Virus record (IMG/VR): IMGVR_UViG_3300016667_000113
Location: 1 to 36,081 of that record
Strand: one strand, 5' to 3'
Length of the DNA: 36,081 bases
DNA from: a virus
Lineage: Duplodnaviria; Caudoviricetes
Shown here piece by piece: positions 9,172-19,048 of the stretch. How positions within the stretch are numbered: the first letter of the stretch is position 1; every line of letters begins with the position of its first letter. The position numbers and the translations under genes are program-made. The notes below the pieces were generated by a model. That model did not search any database, was not told where the DNA came from, and saw only the letters and a list, made by a program, of their open reading frames with translations.

Positions 9172-9198
9172 GGGCTCCTCTTCGGAGGAGTCCTTTTT
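9172..9198 (+). terminator. rho-independent terminator after capsid gene
   Basis: GGGCTCCTC-TTCG-GAGGAGTCC-TTTTT (C-UUCG-G tetraloop, U tract). Confidence 0.9.
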
Positions 9199-9233
9199 AG
9201 AGGGCTTAGAGAGTCTTCCAGAAAGGAAAAAAG

Positions 9234-9425
9234 ATGGCTAAGTTTAAATGTAAATTGTCTGGTGTCGTTATTGAATTTACCACTGAGGTGGACATTAAGA
9301 GCATGGCTGGTCATCCCGACTATGACCGTCTTGACGAAGAAGGGAATGCTGTTCCTGTCGTTGAAGAAGAGAAGGCTCTACCGCTAACGGCTCCTAAACG
9401 TGGACGACCTGCTAAGGGGGCATAA
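9234..9425 (+). CDS. hypothetical protein
   Basis: 63 aa, AAGGA SD, C-terminal KRGRP AT-hook-like tail; TAATG coupled to next gene. Confidence 0.7.
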   Translation: MAKFKCKLSGVVIEFTTEVDIKSMAGHPDYDRLDEEGNAVPVVEEEKALPLTAPKRGRPAKGA

Positions 9426-9628
9426 TGTCGGATATCAGTGAGCGTGACTTTGGGCGTTTGGAGGCTGAAGTGCAGAGTTTGAAGACAGAACTCGATGACA
9501 TTAAGACAGATGTTAAATGCCTTCTAGCCTTAGCCAATAAGTCTAAAGGTGGATTTTGGATGGGTATGACGATTGCCTCCGGGATTGGAGGCTTTGTCAC
9601 TTTCTTTTTTGATAGGATGTTCAAATGA
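9425..9628 (+). CDS. coiled-coil protein with C-terminal transmembrane helix
   Basis: 67 aa; heptad N-terminus then hydrophobic GGFWMGMTIASGIGGFVTFFF. Confidence 0.7.
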   Translation: MSDISERDFGRLEAEVQSLKTELDDIKTDVKCLLALANKSKGGFWMGMTIASGIGGFVTFFFDRMFK

Positions 9629-9659
9629 ACACACAGCGTGAATCAAAGCGGAGATTTTC

Positions 9660-10028
9660 ATGAGCGCAATGGCAGGTAAATATGTAGCGTTGTTGTTCTT
9701 GGCACGAGACATTGCTCATCGTGTTCATCTCAAGACACGCTCCTACGCAGAGCATAAGGCTCTCAATGAGTTTTATGACGAGGTGGTGGATAAGGCTGAT
9801 GATTTTGCTGAAGCCTATCAAGGCTGCTATAACGAGCTTTTGAACATTCCTCTGCTCACCAACGAATACAAAGGCAACATTGTGGATGTGTTGCAAAAGC
9901 AGAAAGACTGGATTGAGGCTCATCGTGAGTCGATTTGTCCTCGTGAGAACACAGCCTTGCATAACATCATTGATGAAGCTGTTGCGCTGTACGACTCTAC
10001 ACTCTATAAACTCCGTTTCCTGAAGTGA
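9660..10028 (+). CDS. ferritin/Dps-like four-helix protein
   Basis: 122 aa; AHRVH...HKALNEFYD...DDFAE pattern resembles Dps ferroxidase ligands (H, H, D, E). Confidence 0.6.
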   Translation: MSAMAGKYVALLFLARDIAHRVHLKTRSYAEHKALNEFYDEVVDKADDFAEAYQGCYNELLNIPLLTNEYKGNIVDVLQKQKDWIEAHRESICPRENTALHNIIDEAVALYDSTLYKLRFLK

Positions 10029-10035
10029 GGCTAAT

Positions 10036-10215
10036 ATGGCTATGAAACCTAAAACTAAAGCAGGCAAGGCCGCTAAAGTGCAGAAAGTGATGCATGAATA
10101 CAAGATGGGTACGTTGCATTCTGGTAAGGGTGGCCCTGAAGTGAAGAGCCGTAAACAGGCAGTGGCTATTGCTCTGTCTGAAGCTGGTATGTCTAAAGGT
10201 AAGAAGAAGAAATAA
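10036..10215 (+). CDS. small basic protein (59 aa, missing from ORF track)
   Basis: MAMKPKTKAGKAAKVQKVMHEYKMGTLHSGKGGPEVKSRKQAVAIALSEAGMSKGKKKK; GAGG SD; TAATG coupled. Confidence 0.8.
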   Translation: MAMKPKTKAGKAAKVQKVMHEYKMGTLHSGKGGPEVKSRKQAVAIALSEAGMSKGKKKK

Positions 10216-10562
10216 TGCATCCCTACTCCCGAGAGCAAAGCGTTGGTGTCAACCTCTCTGCGGGGGTGCTCACCACTATTTATACGGTTCCTACGGGCTA
10301 TTATGCCAAGTGGAATCTAATGTATGTGTTCAATAACACAGGCTCTACAAAAACAATAACTGCATATTGGACAGATTCTAGTGCCAGCACAGACATTTAT
10401 GTTTTGAGCGCCAATAGTGTCAACTCCAAAGAATACATCAAGATGGATGGCGGTGCTTATGTTGTGCTTGAAGAAGGCGACACAGTGAAGATGCAGAGTG
10501 AAGCAGGCAGCTCATTTAGCACCATCTGCACATTTGAGCTAGTGAAGAAACAAGGAATCTAA
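10215..10562 (+). CDS. putative virion structural protein
   Basis: 115 aa beta-rich, IYTVPTG...VVLEEGD pattern. Confidence 0.6.
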   Translation: MHPYSREQSVGVNLSAGVLTTIYTVPTGYYAKWNLMYVFNNTGSTKTITAYWTDSSASTDIYVLSANSVNSKEYIKMDGGAYVVLEEGDTVKMQSEAGSSFSTICTFELVKKQGI

Positions 10563-11225
10563 ATGGCTCTCCCTACTTATTTGCAAATCGTCAACGAAGT
10601 GTTGGTGAGATTGCGTGAACCGACAGTGCAAACAGTGTCTGAGAACACCTTGTCCAACCTCATTGGTCAATGGGTGAATGAAGTTAAGCGTCAAGTGAAC
10701 GACTCGTATGACTGGGACGCTTTGAACACTTCCATCTCGATTAACACTGTTGCTGGTCAATACGAAGGCTACACGCTGACAGGCTCTGGTCTGCGTTTCC
10801 GTATTAACGATGTCATCAACACCACTCGGTATTATCCCCTTCAAGGTATTGCCAAGCCTGATCTTGACCGTTACATACACATGATTGCCAATCCTGTTCG
10901 CAATCCTCCTACGGCTTATAACCTGGGCGGTGTGGATAGCAACGGAGACACACAAATCTCTTTGTGGCCTATTCCTGATGGTGTATATAACATCCGTTTT
11001 AGCTTGGTGATTCCTGAGAATGAGTTTTCAGCGGATAGCGACACAACGAAGATGCCTAAAGAACCTATTGTTTTAGGCGCTTATGCTCGTGCTCTGGTGG
11101 AACGTGGTGAAGACGCAGGAATGAGCAGCTCTGAGGCTCAATTTATTTATAAACAAAGCTTGGCAGACCACATTGCCATTGAAGGCTCTCGTTCTCCTGA
11201 AACTGATAGCTGGGGACTTGTCTAA
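10563..11225 (+). CDS. tail adaptor / tail tubular protein A
   Basis: 220 aa starting TYLQIVNEVLVRLRE, LWPIPD motif; position after capsid. Confidence 0.75.
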   Translation: MALPTYLQIVNEVLVRLREPTVQTVSENTLSNLIGQWVNEVKRQVNDSYDWDALNTSISINTVAGQYEGYTLTGSGLRFRINDVINTTRYYPLQGIAKPDLDRYIHMIANPVRNPPTAYNLGGVDSNGDTQISLWPIPDGVYNIRFSLVIPENEFSADSDTTKMPKEPIVLGAYARALVERGEDAGMSSSEAQFIYKQSLADHIAIEGSRSPETDSWGLV

Positions 11226-12778
11226 TGTCTCAACCGCTTCAAGCATATGCCATCACTGCTCCAGGCTTTTATGGCCTGAATACGCAGGACAGCAGCCTAG
11301 ACTTGTCTAGCGGCTTTGCTTTGGTGGCTAACAACTGCATTATTGACCAATATGGCCGTGTAGGGGCGCGTAAGGGCTGGACTAAGGTGAACAGCTCCAC
11401 CAATGCTGACCTGGGCACGAATGACATCAAGATGATGGCAGAGCTTATTGGCAATGATGGTGTGTCGTATGTTGTCTTAGCAGGCAACAATAAACTGTTT
11501 CGTGTAAACGGCTCAAGCATCTCTACGTTGTCTTATGGAGGCGGTGGCACAGCTCCTACTATTACGGACAGCAACTGGCAAGCAGCAGCCATCAATGGCT
11601 ATTTGGTGCTCTATCAATCTGGTCATGATCCTCTGATTTATGATCCTGCCACTTCTACGTCCCAATATAAGCGTATCTCTGAGATGGCTGCTTATAGTGG
11701 TACGGTGCAAAAAAGCAACGCTGTTGTATCGGCTTATGGACGCACCTGGAGCGCAGATGTCTCCACTAACAAAGTGGTGGTGCAGTGGAGTGACTTGCAG
11801 GCTCCAGCAGTGTTTGACAAAGGCACGGCAGGCACGTTAGACACGACACAAGTGTGGCCTAAAGGAACCGATTCTATTGTGGCTTTGGGAGCTCATAACG
11901 GCTTCTTGTACATCTTTGGTAAGAACAACATTCTCATCTATCAAGGGGCCACTGATCCTTCCACAATGTCGTTGTATGACGTTGTAACAGGAATTGGCTG
12001 TATTGCTCGTGACAGCGTACAGAACACAGGAACAGACATTATTTTCTTGTCGGCCACGGGTGTTCGTAGCCTTCAGCGCACCATCCAGGAGAAAAGTGCT
12101 CCTCTGAATGATTTGTCTCGTAACGTTCGTAACGACCTGATTTCGGCAGTGAATGGAGAAGACAAAGCTACCATCAAGAGTGTCTATTCGCCTTTAGATG
12201 GATTTTATGCCATCACTCTTCCTATTCTCAAATCTGTCTATTGTTTTGACACCAAAGCCGCCCTCCAAGACGGAAGCCTTCGTGCAACCACTTGGGATTC
12301 TATCACCCCTAAAAGTTTTTGTAGGAAAGCAGATGGAACCGTCCTTATTGGAAAAGAAGGCTATGTGGGAACATATTCAGGCTATGTGGACGACACTTCA
12401 GCCTATCGCTTTCAATACTTTACCAATCACTTCGACCTTGGCAAGCCTTCTTATATTTCATTTCTCAAACGTCTAAAAGTTGTTGTTATTGGTGGATCAA
12501 ATCAATATATCACTGCTAAATGGGGATATGACTTTGACGGTAACTATGCTTCCGCTAACGTTCGAATTCCTAGTCAAACAGGTATTGCTTATTACGGTGT
12601 TTCTGAATACAATACGTCTACAGCACAATATACAGGTGGTGTTGCTCTTCAAACTCTAACCGCCTATCCTACGGGAAGTGGAAAAATAATTCAAATTGGT
12701 TTTGAGACAGATATTAACAATACTGCTCTTAGCATTCAAAAGATTGAAGTACATGCAAAAGAAGGAAAGATGGCATGA
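11225..12778 (+). CDS. tail nozzle / tail tubular protein B
   Basis: 517 aa beta-propeller-like; GFYGLN, GCIARDSV, IIFLSATGVRSL motifs; follows adaptor. Confidence 0.75.
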   Translation: MSQPLQAYAITAPGFYGLNTQDSSLDLSSGFALVANNCIIDQYGRVGARKGWTKVNSSTNADLGTNDIKMMAELIGNDGVSYVVLAGNNKLFRVNGSSISTLSYGGGGTAPTITDSNWQAAAINGYLVLYQSGHDPLIYDPATSTSQYKRISEMAAYSGTVQKSNAVVSAYGRTWSADVSTNKVVVQWSDLQAPAVFDKGTAGTLDTTQVWPKGTDSIVALGAHNGFLYIFGKNNILIYQGATDPSTMSLYDVVTGIGCIARDSVQNTGTDIIFLSATGVRSLQRTIQEKSAPLNDLSRNVRNDLISAVNGEDKATIKSVYSPLDGFYAITLPILKSVYCFDTKAALQDGSLRATTWDSITPKSFCRKADGTVLIGKEGYVGTYSGYVDDTSAYRFQYFTNHFDLGKPSYISFLKRLKVVVIGGSNQYITAKWGYDFDGNYASANVRIPSQTGIAYYGVSEYNTSTAQYTGGVALQTLTAYPTGSGKIIQIGFETDINNTALSIQKIEVHAKEGKMA

Positions 12779-13596
12779 GTGATTATACAAAAAGTACAAA
12801 CTTTACTTCCAAGGATAGCTTGGCTAGTGGAAATCCGTTGAAGATTGTCAAGGGCACTGAGATTGACACTGAGTTTAACAACATTGCTACGGCCATCTCT
12901 ACGAAAGCTGATTTGGCAAGCCCCACGCTTACAGGAACTCCAGCAGCTCCTACGGCTACGGCAGGAACAAACACCACTCAGTTGGCTACCACAGCGTTTG
13001 TTACAACGGCTGTTGCTAACGCCTCGTCTGCGGCTTCTTCCACCTATGCTCCGTTGGCAAGTCCTGCCCTGACGGGAACTCCGACAGCTCCTACGGCATC
13101 TCCTGGAACAAGTACGACACAAGTGGCTACCACTGCTTTTGTAAGCACTGCTGTGAGCAATGCTCTGGCTGCTGCCTATCCTGTTGGCTCCGTTTACATG
13201 AATGCTACCAACTCCACTAATCCGGCCACTTTGCTGGGTTTTGGTACTTGGGTGGCTTTGGGCGCCGGGCGCATGTTGGTTGGCTTTAGCTCAGGAGATC
13301 CGCTGTTTGGCACCGCAGGAAATACAGGCGGTAGCCGCGATGCAACGCTTCCCAGCCACTCCCACTCTATTACTGATCCGGGCCACGTTCACACGTATCG
13401 TTGGTTTGACCCAAACAACTCTGCCGCATCTTTGTCTACGCCATACGGCGCAAGGCCGTTTGGATATGTGGATGGAGTTTCGACAAACTTTGGTTCGGCA
13501 ACAACAGGCATTAGCGTGAACACAACAGGTACATCTGCCACCAACGCCAACCTGCCGCCGTATTTGACTGTGTATATGTGGCAGCGTACTGCCTAA
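12775..13596 (+). CDS. short tail fibre / needle-like protein
   Basis: EIDTEFNNIATAI N-terminal anchor, two SPxLTGTPxAPT...TTQxATTAFV repeats, YPVGSVY...FGTW...NLPPYLTVYMWQRTA collar/tip domain. Confidence 0.75.
   Translation: MSDYTKSTNFTSKDSLASGNPLKIVKGTEIDTEFNNIATAISTKADLASPTLTGTPAAPTATAGTNTTQLATTAFVTTAVANASSAASSTYAPLASPALTGTPTAPTASPGTSTTQVATTAFVSTAVSNALAAAYPVGSVYMNATNSTNPATLLGFGTWVALGAGRMLVGFSSGDPLFGTAGNTGGSRDATLPSHSHSITDPGHVHTYRWFDPNNSAASLSTPYGARPFGYVDGVSTNFGSATTGISVNTTGTSATNANLPPYLTVYMWQRTA
12907..13164 (+). repeat. tandem ~39-aa tail fibre repeat (2 copies)
   Basis: aa 45-83 (12907-13023) vs aa 92-130 (13048-13164). Confidence 0.85.
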
Positions 13597-13884
13597 ATGA
13601 AAACTCCTGTGTGTATTAAGCCGGAATATGTCCTCTATCTTGAGTGGTTTGGAGGGCATTCCTGGTTTCACACAGATGTTTTTAAATGGAACAAAACAAC
13701 AAAGAAACAATTTGTTAAAGATGTGACACAAGTGCAATCTTTACTTCCCTTGCCTCTATTGGCATTTGTTGAAGAAGAAAAGACACAAGTGGCTAAATTT
13801 GCAGAAAAGGTGGGGTTTGTCTTGAAAGAAACAATTATGTCTAAAGAAGGACAACGTGCCTTCATTTACGCTTGGAGTAAATAA
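13597..13884 (+). CDS. GNAT-like protein preceding ejection genes
   Basis: 95 aa, KFAEKVGF resembles the GNAT C-terminal motif; position analogous to T7 gp13. Confidence 0.5.
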   Translation: MKTPVCIKPEYVLYLEWFGGHSWFHTDVFKWNKTTKKQFVKDVTQVQSLLPLPLLAFVEEEKTQVAKFAEKVGFVLKETIMSKEGQRAFIYAWSK

Positions 13885-15038
13885 TGGGAAGTTTAGTTAG
13901 CTCAGTTGGTGATCTTTTTGGTATTGGGCCAGCCTCACGACAAGCAGAAGCAACAAAAAGTGCAGCACAAACATCCGCTGCTGCTCAATTGGAAGCTGCA
14001 CGTTTGGCCGCTGAAGCACAGAAGTTTCGTCCTGTAGGCGTCACTTCTCGTTTTGGATCGAGTCAATTTGAAATGACTCCTGAAGGCTATCTCAAGAGTG
14101 CTGGATATACACTGTCTCCTGAGCTGCAAGCCATTCAAGACTATGTGATGGGTCAAACCCGCACAGGTTTGGGGGACATTGGAGCTTTGCAAGCTATGGG
14201 TAGAAACTACCTGGGAATGACACAGGGCACTCCTGTGCAAACCTTGGGTGAGCAATACATGGCTTCTACGGCTGGCAGTCCTCTGACAGCTCTGGGGTCT
14301 AGTTATTTGTCTGCTTCTCCTGAACAAGCTGCTGCTGATTGGATGGCTAAACAACAAGCTGTTCTTCAGCCGGGTCGTGAAAGGGCTTTGTCTGGTGTTC
14401 GTAATAACTTGTTCCAGACAGGTCGTACAGGCTTGTCTACGGCTCAAGGGGGACAACTTGGAGCTGCCAATCCTGAACTGCAAGCCTATTACAATGCCTT
14501 GGCTCAACAAGACGCACAACTTGCTGCTGAGGCTGCCGCACAAGGACGAGCACAACAGCAGTTTGGCGCTGGTTTGTTGCAAGCTGGAACAGGTTTGACA
14601 CAGGCTCAACAACTTGCAGGCGCGCAATTGTACGGCACTGGTTTGGGTCTTACGCAGCAAGGCATCGGATTTGGTCAAGGTTTGTTGTCCAGTGCTTATG
14701 CTCCGTTGCAGACAGGTTTGGGCCTTGGAGCCACCATCGAACAACTGGGTCAACAGCCTTTGGATATTGGCGCTCAGTTGGGTGGTCGTTCTGCTACGGC
14801 AGGAGCAAACGTTGGACAAAGTTTGATGGCAGGCGGTCTGGGAGCTGCTAAGACGTTGCAAGCCGCAAATCAATACAGTCCTCTTGCTGCTGGCTTGTAT
14901 GGCTTGTCTCAAAGCCGTCTAGGATCTGCTGCTGACCAATCTTTGATTGATTGGACTAAAGGATTGTTTGGGGGCGGTGGCGGTGTCAATCTGGGTGACA
15001 CTTCTGGCCTCGACGCAATGAGCTCTTTGTGGTATTAA
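13884..15038 (+). CDS. internal virion / DNA ejection protein
   Basis: 384 aa G/A/Q-rich low complexity, MGSLVSSVGDLFG start; first of three large post-tail ORFs. Confidence 0.7.
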   Translation: MGSLVSSVGDLFGIGPASRQAEATKSAAQTSAAAQLEAARLAAEAQKFRPVGVTSRFGSSQFEMTPEGYLKSAGYTLSPELQAIQDYVMGQTRTGLGDIGALQAMGRNYLGMTQGTPVQTLGEQYMASTAGSPLTALGSSYLSASPEQAAADWMAKQQAVLQPGRERALSGVRNNLFQTGRTGLSTAQGGQLGAANPELQAYYNALAQQDAQLAAEAAAQGRAQQQFGAGLLQAGTGLTQAQQLAGAQLYGTGLGLTQQGIGFGQGLLSSAYAPLQTGLGLGATIEQLGQQPLDIGAQLGGRSATAGANVGQSLMAGGLGAAKTLQAANQYSPLAAGLYGLSQSRLGSAADQSLIDWTKGLFGGGGGVNLGDTSGLDAMSSLWY

Positions 15039-15047
15039 GGAATAAAC

Positions 15048-16121
15048 ATGGCAGATAACACTTCTATTGTTGGTAGCTTGTTTGGTACGCCTGAGATGTA
15101 CGATCAAGCTCGCCGTGAACAATTTGCTTCTCAAGCAGCTCAACTTTCTCAGCTCAATCCTTCAGCGTTGGCAAACTTTTATGCCATGCAAACAGGCTTT
15201 GGTGCAGGCGATCAGATTGCAGGTGCTTTGGGTGTTCAAGACCCGATGATGCAACGAATTTCTCAGCAACAACAAATGCTGAAAGATGTTGATTTTACCA
15301 ATGTTCAATCATTGGCTGAAGCAGCTCGTCAAGCTACGGCTATGGGTCGTCCTGACATTGCTCAACAACTTGCTAAACAAGCAATTGACATTCAGTCTAA
15401 GATTGACGAAAAACAAGCAGCCCGGGAACAAGCTTTGGCAATTGCCAGGGAAAGAAACGCTGCTGTACTTGAAGCAGCTCGTGAAAGATCTAATGCAACT
15501 ATTGAAGCAGCTAAAGAAAGAGGAGCCACTCAGACACAAATTGCTGCAATGCAAATTGAAGCTCGTAAAGAACTTGCCAATCTTGCAGCCGCTTTGAAGC
15601 AAGGACAACAAGCAGCCAAGCCTTTGTCTACTAAAGACATTGAAATGGCAAATGAGCTGTCTGCCGCGGTTAAAGATTCTGAATACGGCATAAATGAAGC
15701 TAAACGCTTTACTGAGATGATTGATAAAGGCACTGTTAAATTTGGTGCTGTCGAAAACTTGGCAACTAAAGCCCGTTCTTTTGCTGGTCAAGCAACTCCT
15801 AGTGATGTCGCTAAATCTGACTTGGAAAAGTGGATTACTTCTTCCATCAACGCTGTTCTCAATCAAGCCAAAGGTGTGCAGGCTAAAGATGACGCTGAAC
15901 GTGCTCAACGTCAAATTATGGAAGCTTTGGACAAGAATGATCCTAAGCTGGTAAAGAACGGTATTGCAAGAATTCAGAAACTGTTGGAAAATACCAAAGA
16001 GAATGCAACTAGCGGCTTGGAACTGCTTGGTCAAGAGCGTAATCGAGATCTGGCAGGACGAGTAACAGCTCCTGCTGCCCCTGCTGCGGAAACTGGTGGT
16101 TGGTCTATTAAACGGAAATAA
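15048..16121 (+). CDS. internal virion / DNA ejection protein
   Basis: 357 aa A/Q-rich helical; AAGGA SD. Confidence 0.65.
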   Translation: MADNTSIVGSLFGTPEMYDQARREQFASQAAQLSQLNPSALANFYAMQTGFGAGDQIAGALGVQDPMMQRISQQQQMLKDVDFTNVQSLAEAARQATAMGRPDIAQQLAKQAIDIQSKIDEKQAAREQALAIARERNAAVLEAARERSNATIEAAKERGATQTQIAAMQIEARKELANLAAALKQGQQAAKPLSTKDIEMANELSAAVKDSEYGINEAKRFTEMIDKGTVKFGAVENLATKARSFAGQATPSDVAKSDLEKWITSSINAVLNQAKGVQAKDDAERAQRQIMEALDKNDPKLVKNGIARIQKLLENTKENATSGLELLGQERNRDLAGRVTAPAAPAAETGGWSIKRK

Positions 16122-16123
16122 AT

Positions 16124-18178
16124 ATGGCTACATACGAAATTACAGCCCCTGATGGGAACACTTATGAAGTGAATGCTCCCGAAGGAGCTTCAGAAGCGCA
16201 GGTTTTGGCGTATGTAAAAAGCAATTATAAAAACTTAGGGGCTGCTCCTCAGCCTCAAGCTCCTAAAACACCTGCTCAAGCTCCAGATAGCGTTGCTATG
16301 GGTTTGGGTGATATTGTTTATGGAGCTGGTCAGTTGCTGGCTAAAGGGATGCAAAATCTCCCTGAAGGTCTTACTGTCATGGGTCGTCCTGTGGCAGCTT
16401 CTGCTCGTGCTTTTGCTGAGAAAGTGGTTCCCCAACGTGAAGCCCAATATGAAGCACAACGTCAGGCTGCTGGAGAAGGAGGCTTTGATTTTGGGCGGCT
16501 TATGGGCAACATCATCAATCCTTTGAGTTATGTTGCTGCTCCTGTAGCAAATCCTGTTGTTCGTTCGGCTGTCACTGGCGGGATGTTAGGGGCCGCACAG
16601 CCTGTTACGAATAAAGAAGATTTCTGGTCTACAAAGGCTTTACAGGCAGGTCTTGGTACTGTCATTGGTCCTTTGGCTGATTTGGGTGTTGCTGGTGTAG
16701 GTAAGGTTGCAGAAGCCATTAAAGGCTTAACACCCGCTGGCCGAGACAAAGCCATGCAGAAATATGTTGAAGGTTTGGCTGGTCCTGAGAAAGACGCTGT
16801 TATTAAAGCTCTTCAAGACGCTAAACACCTGGTGACGGGCAGTAAGCCTACGGTTGCTGAAGCTTTGTCTGACATTCCTTCTGCTGCCGATTTGGTGGCT
16901 GCTCAAGCTAAACTCTCTTCTAAAGAAGGATTGGCTGGTCAATTTGCTGCTCGAACGGCTGAACAACAAGCTGCCCGTCTACGTACCATTCAACAGATTG
17001 CAGGGACAGAAGCGGAGAAAGCTGCTGTAGAGGCTGAACGTGCTGCTGTTACTGGTGCTCAACGTGAACAAGCCTTGACAATGGCAAACACAGCTATGGA
17101 GGCTTCTCAAACTATTGAACAGCAAGTGATGAAGCAAGCCCGACAACTGGCTAAAGTGTCAGAAGAAATGACTCAGGGGACAGGCACTGCTCCTTCTGTA
17201 TTTACTTTACAAGGCGCTCAGACTGCTCAAAATCTCAAAACGCTACAGTTGAAAGCTCTTCAAGAAAATGGTGTTTTCCCTTTAATGTCTAAGGATATTG
17301 TATCTCAGATTGACAAAGCAATTTCTGGTACTGAGTCTGACATGAGCAAGGCTGTCTTGGGCGCAGTAAAGGATAAAATCTTGTCTAAAACCGACAAAGA
17401 CGGGTTCATCAGTAGTCGTGATTTGTATGAGAACGTCCGTAAAACTTCCAATCAAGACATTGCTAAACTTTTAGGTCTTGGAGAACAGTTCGCTTCTGGG
17501 GGTATTCCTGAGCAGGCTGCTAAAGCCCTAGGTAATGTTAAGAAATACATTGATGCTTCATTAGACAAGTCTTCAGATGGTTTGTGGTCTAAGTATCTGA
17601 ACAACTACAGCCAATATTCTGATAAACTCAATCGTATGGAGATCGGGGAATATCTGTCTAAGAAACTCAATACGGCTCTGGACAAGGAACGCGCTGCTGT
17701 ATTCTCTAACGCAGTAGACAATGCTGCTACGACAATTAAACAAGCTACAGGCATTCCTCGTTATGAGAAACTGGAACAAGTGCTGACAAAGCCTGAAATG
17801 GCCGCTGTAAACAATGTGCTGGCAGACCTAACCCGTCAACGTAAAGCACAAGAGCTTGCCTCTAAGGTTGGACAATTGGATAAAGGTTTAGTGGATGTCG
17901 CTGGGGCAGTTCCTCCCTGGTTGGACAAAACAGTGACGGTATTGAAAGAAGGGCTGCGTTATCTCCAACAAGGTAGTCAGGATAAGTTCAATCAGAAGAT
18001 GACTGAGCTTATGCTTGATCCTCAAAAGATGGCTCAGGTTCTTACTGCTGGTGTGGATAAACAACGTCTTGCTCCTTTGACAGCTTCAATTATGAAGAAT
18101 TTGAACGAAGCAAACCGTAACAGTTTCATTCAGGTGTTCACTATTCCTACAGTTGGGCAAGCAGCCGGAGGACAATAA
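16124..18178 (+). CDS. large internal virion / DNA ejection protein
   Basis: 684 aa, N-terminal YEITAPDGNTYEVNAPEGAS motif, G/A-rich membrane-like segment, helical C-terminus. Confidence 0.7.
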   Translation: MATYEITAPDGNTYEVNAPEGASEAQVLAYVKSNYKNLGAAPQPQAPKTPAQAPDSVAMGLGDIVYGAGQLLAKGMQNLPEGLTVMGRPVAASARAFAEKVVPQREAQYEAQRQAAGEGGFDFGRLMGNIINPLSYVAAPVANPVVRSAVTGGMLGAAQPVTNKEDFWSTKALQAGLGTVIGPLADLGVAGVGKVAEAIKGLTPAGRDKAMQKYVEGLAGPEKDAVIKALQDAKHLVTGSKPTVAEALSDIPSAADLVAAQAKLSSKEGLAGQFAARTAEQQAARLRTIQQIAGTEAEKAAVEAERAAVTGAQREQALTMANTAMEASQTIEQQVMKQARQLAKVSEEMTQGTGTAPSVFTLQGAQTAQNLKTLQLKALQENGVFPLMSKDIVSQIDKAISGTESDMSKAVLGAVKDKILSKTDKDGFISSRDLYENVRKTSNQDIAKLLGLGEQFASGGIPEQAAKALGNVKKYIDASLDKSSDGLWSKYLNNYSQYSDKLNRMEIGEYLSKKLNTALDKERAAVFSNAVDNAATTIKQATGIPRYEKLEQVLTKPEMAAVNNVLADLTRQRKAQELASKVGQLDKGLVDVAGAVPPWLDKTVTVLKEGLRYLQQGSQDKFNQKMTELMLDPQKMAQVLTAGVDKQRLAPLTASIMKNLNEANRNSFIQVFTIPTVGQAAGGQ

Positions 18179-18179
18179 A

Positions 18180-18911
18180 ATTGATCCTATAAGCCTCCTT
18201 ATGGCAGCACAAGCAACTGTGGCGGCTATCCGTCGCGGTTGTGAAATGCTGTCACAGGGAAAGCAGGAGATACAGAAGGTAAAGAAGGCGGTAGATGACG
18301 CTAAGGCCATATTCAAGGAAGCTAAAGGAATATGGACGTTTATTAAAGGATTGTTTAACAAGGCTCCGCCTCCTGCGCCTGTTCAAGAGGCTCAACCTGC
18401 TCCAGTAAAACCAACAAAGAAGTCTAAAGAGCAGCCTCTAAGCTACGAGGAATATCGCACACAGATGATAAACGATGTGTGTGAACAGCTTAAGAGCTTC
18501 TTTGAGATATATCGACAGCTTAGGGAGCATTGTCTAGTTTTAGAAGAGAAGTCAGCAGACGATCCAAACATAGAAGCCAACTCGATTGACAGGGTGAACA
18601 TAGAGCTTCAAATGGAGAATATGTCCAATCAAATCAGGGAGACAATGGTATATGCCCCTTCTGAGTTGAAAGACATCTATAGCAGATTTCTGGAGATGTA
18701 TGGACGCATCTTAGAAGAGCAAGAATTTAAGAGACAGCTTGAGCGTAGAAAGCGCATAGAAGAGCAATGGCGAAAACACCTCCTACGCAATCACCTTTTG
18801 GACAGAGCCCTTACAGCAGGAACAATAGTGGCAATAGTGATATGGCTATGGGCAATGCTACTATCGCTAGGATGGCTCGTGAGGACACCAGATGGTTTGT
18901 CATTGCAGTAG
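18180..18911 (+). CDS. coiled-coil protein with C-terminal TM helix (lysis-adjacent); probable ATT start
   Basis: GGAGG 18167-18171 lies 8 nt before in-frame ATT 18180; C-terminal TM TIVAIVIWLWAMLLSLGWLV. Confidence 0.65.
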   Translation: MDPISLLMAAQATVAAIRRGCEMLSQGKQEIQKVKKAVDDAKAIFKEAKGIWTFIKGLFNKAPPPAPVQEAQPAPVKPTKKSKEQPLSYEEYRTQMINDVCEQLKSFFEIYRQLREHCLVLEEKSADDPNIEANSIDRVNIELQMENMSNQIRETMVYAPSELKDIYSRFLEMYGRILEEQEFKRQLERRKRIEEQWRKHLLRNHLLDRALTAGTIVAIVIWLWAMLLSLGWLVRTPDGLSLQ

Positions 18912-19048
18912 TTATCTTGTCCCTGGTGCTCTTCCTAGCTCTTCCTTTGTCTGTTCTTATAGCCATTGACACAATGAAGATGAAGGCTCAGGTGAAGGCT
19001 GAATTGAGAGAATTGAAGCAAATTAAGAGAGAGTTGAAGGAGAAATAA
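18767..19048 (+). CDS. membrane protein overlapping previous gene (possible spanin-like)
   Basis: TM WFVIAVVILSLVLFLALPLSVLIAI then coiled coil; TAATG coupled to holin; start uncertain. Confidence 0.6.
   Translation: MAKTPPTQSPFGQSPYSRNNSGNSDMAMGNATIARMAREDTRWFVIAVVILSLVLFLALPLSVLIAIDTMKMKAQVKAELRELKQIKRELKEK

Noticed and set aside
9700-9715. Third sigma54 promoter (TGGCACGAGACATTGC)
   Set aside because: GG-GC spacing is one base too long and it lies within a CDS
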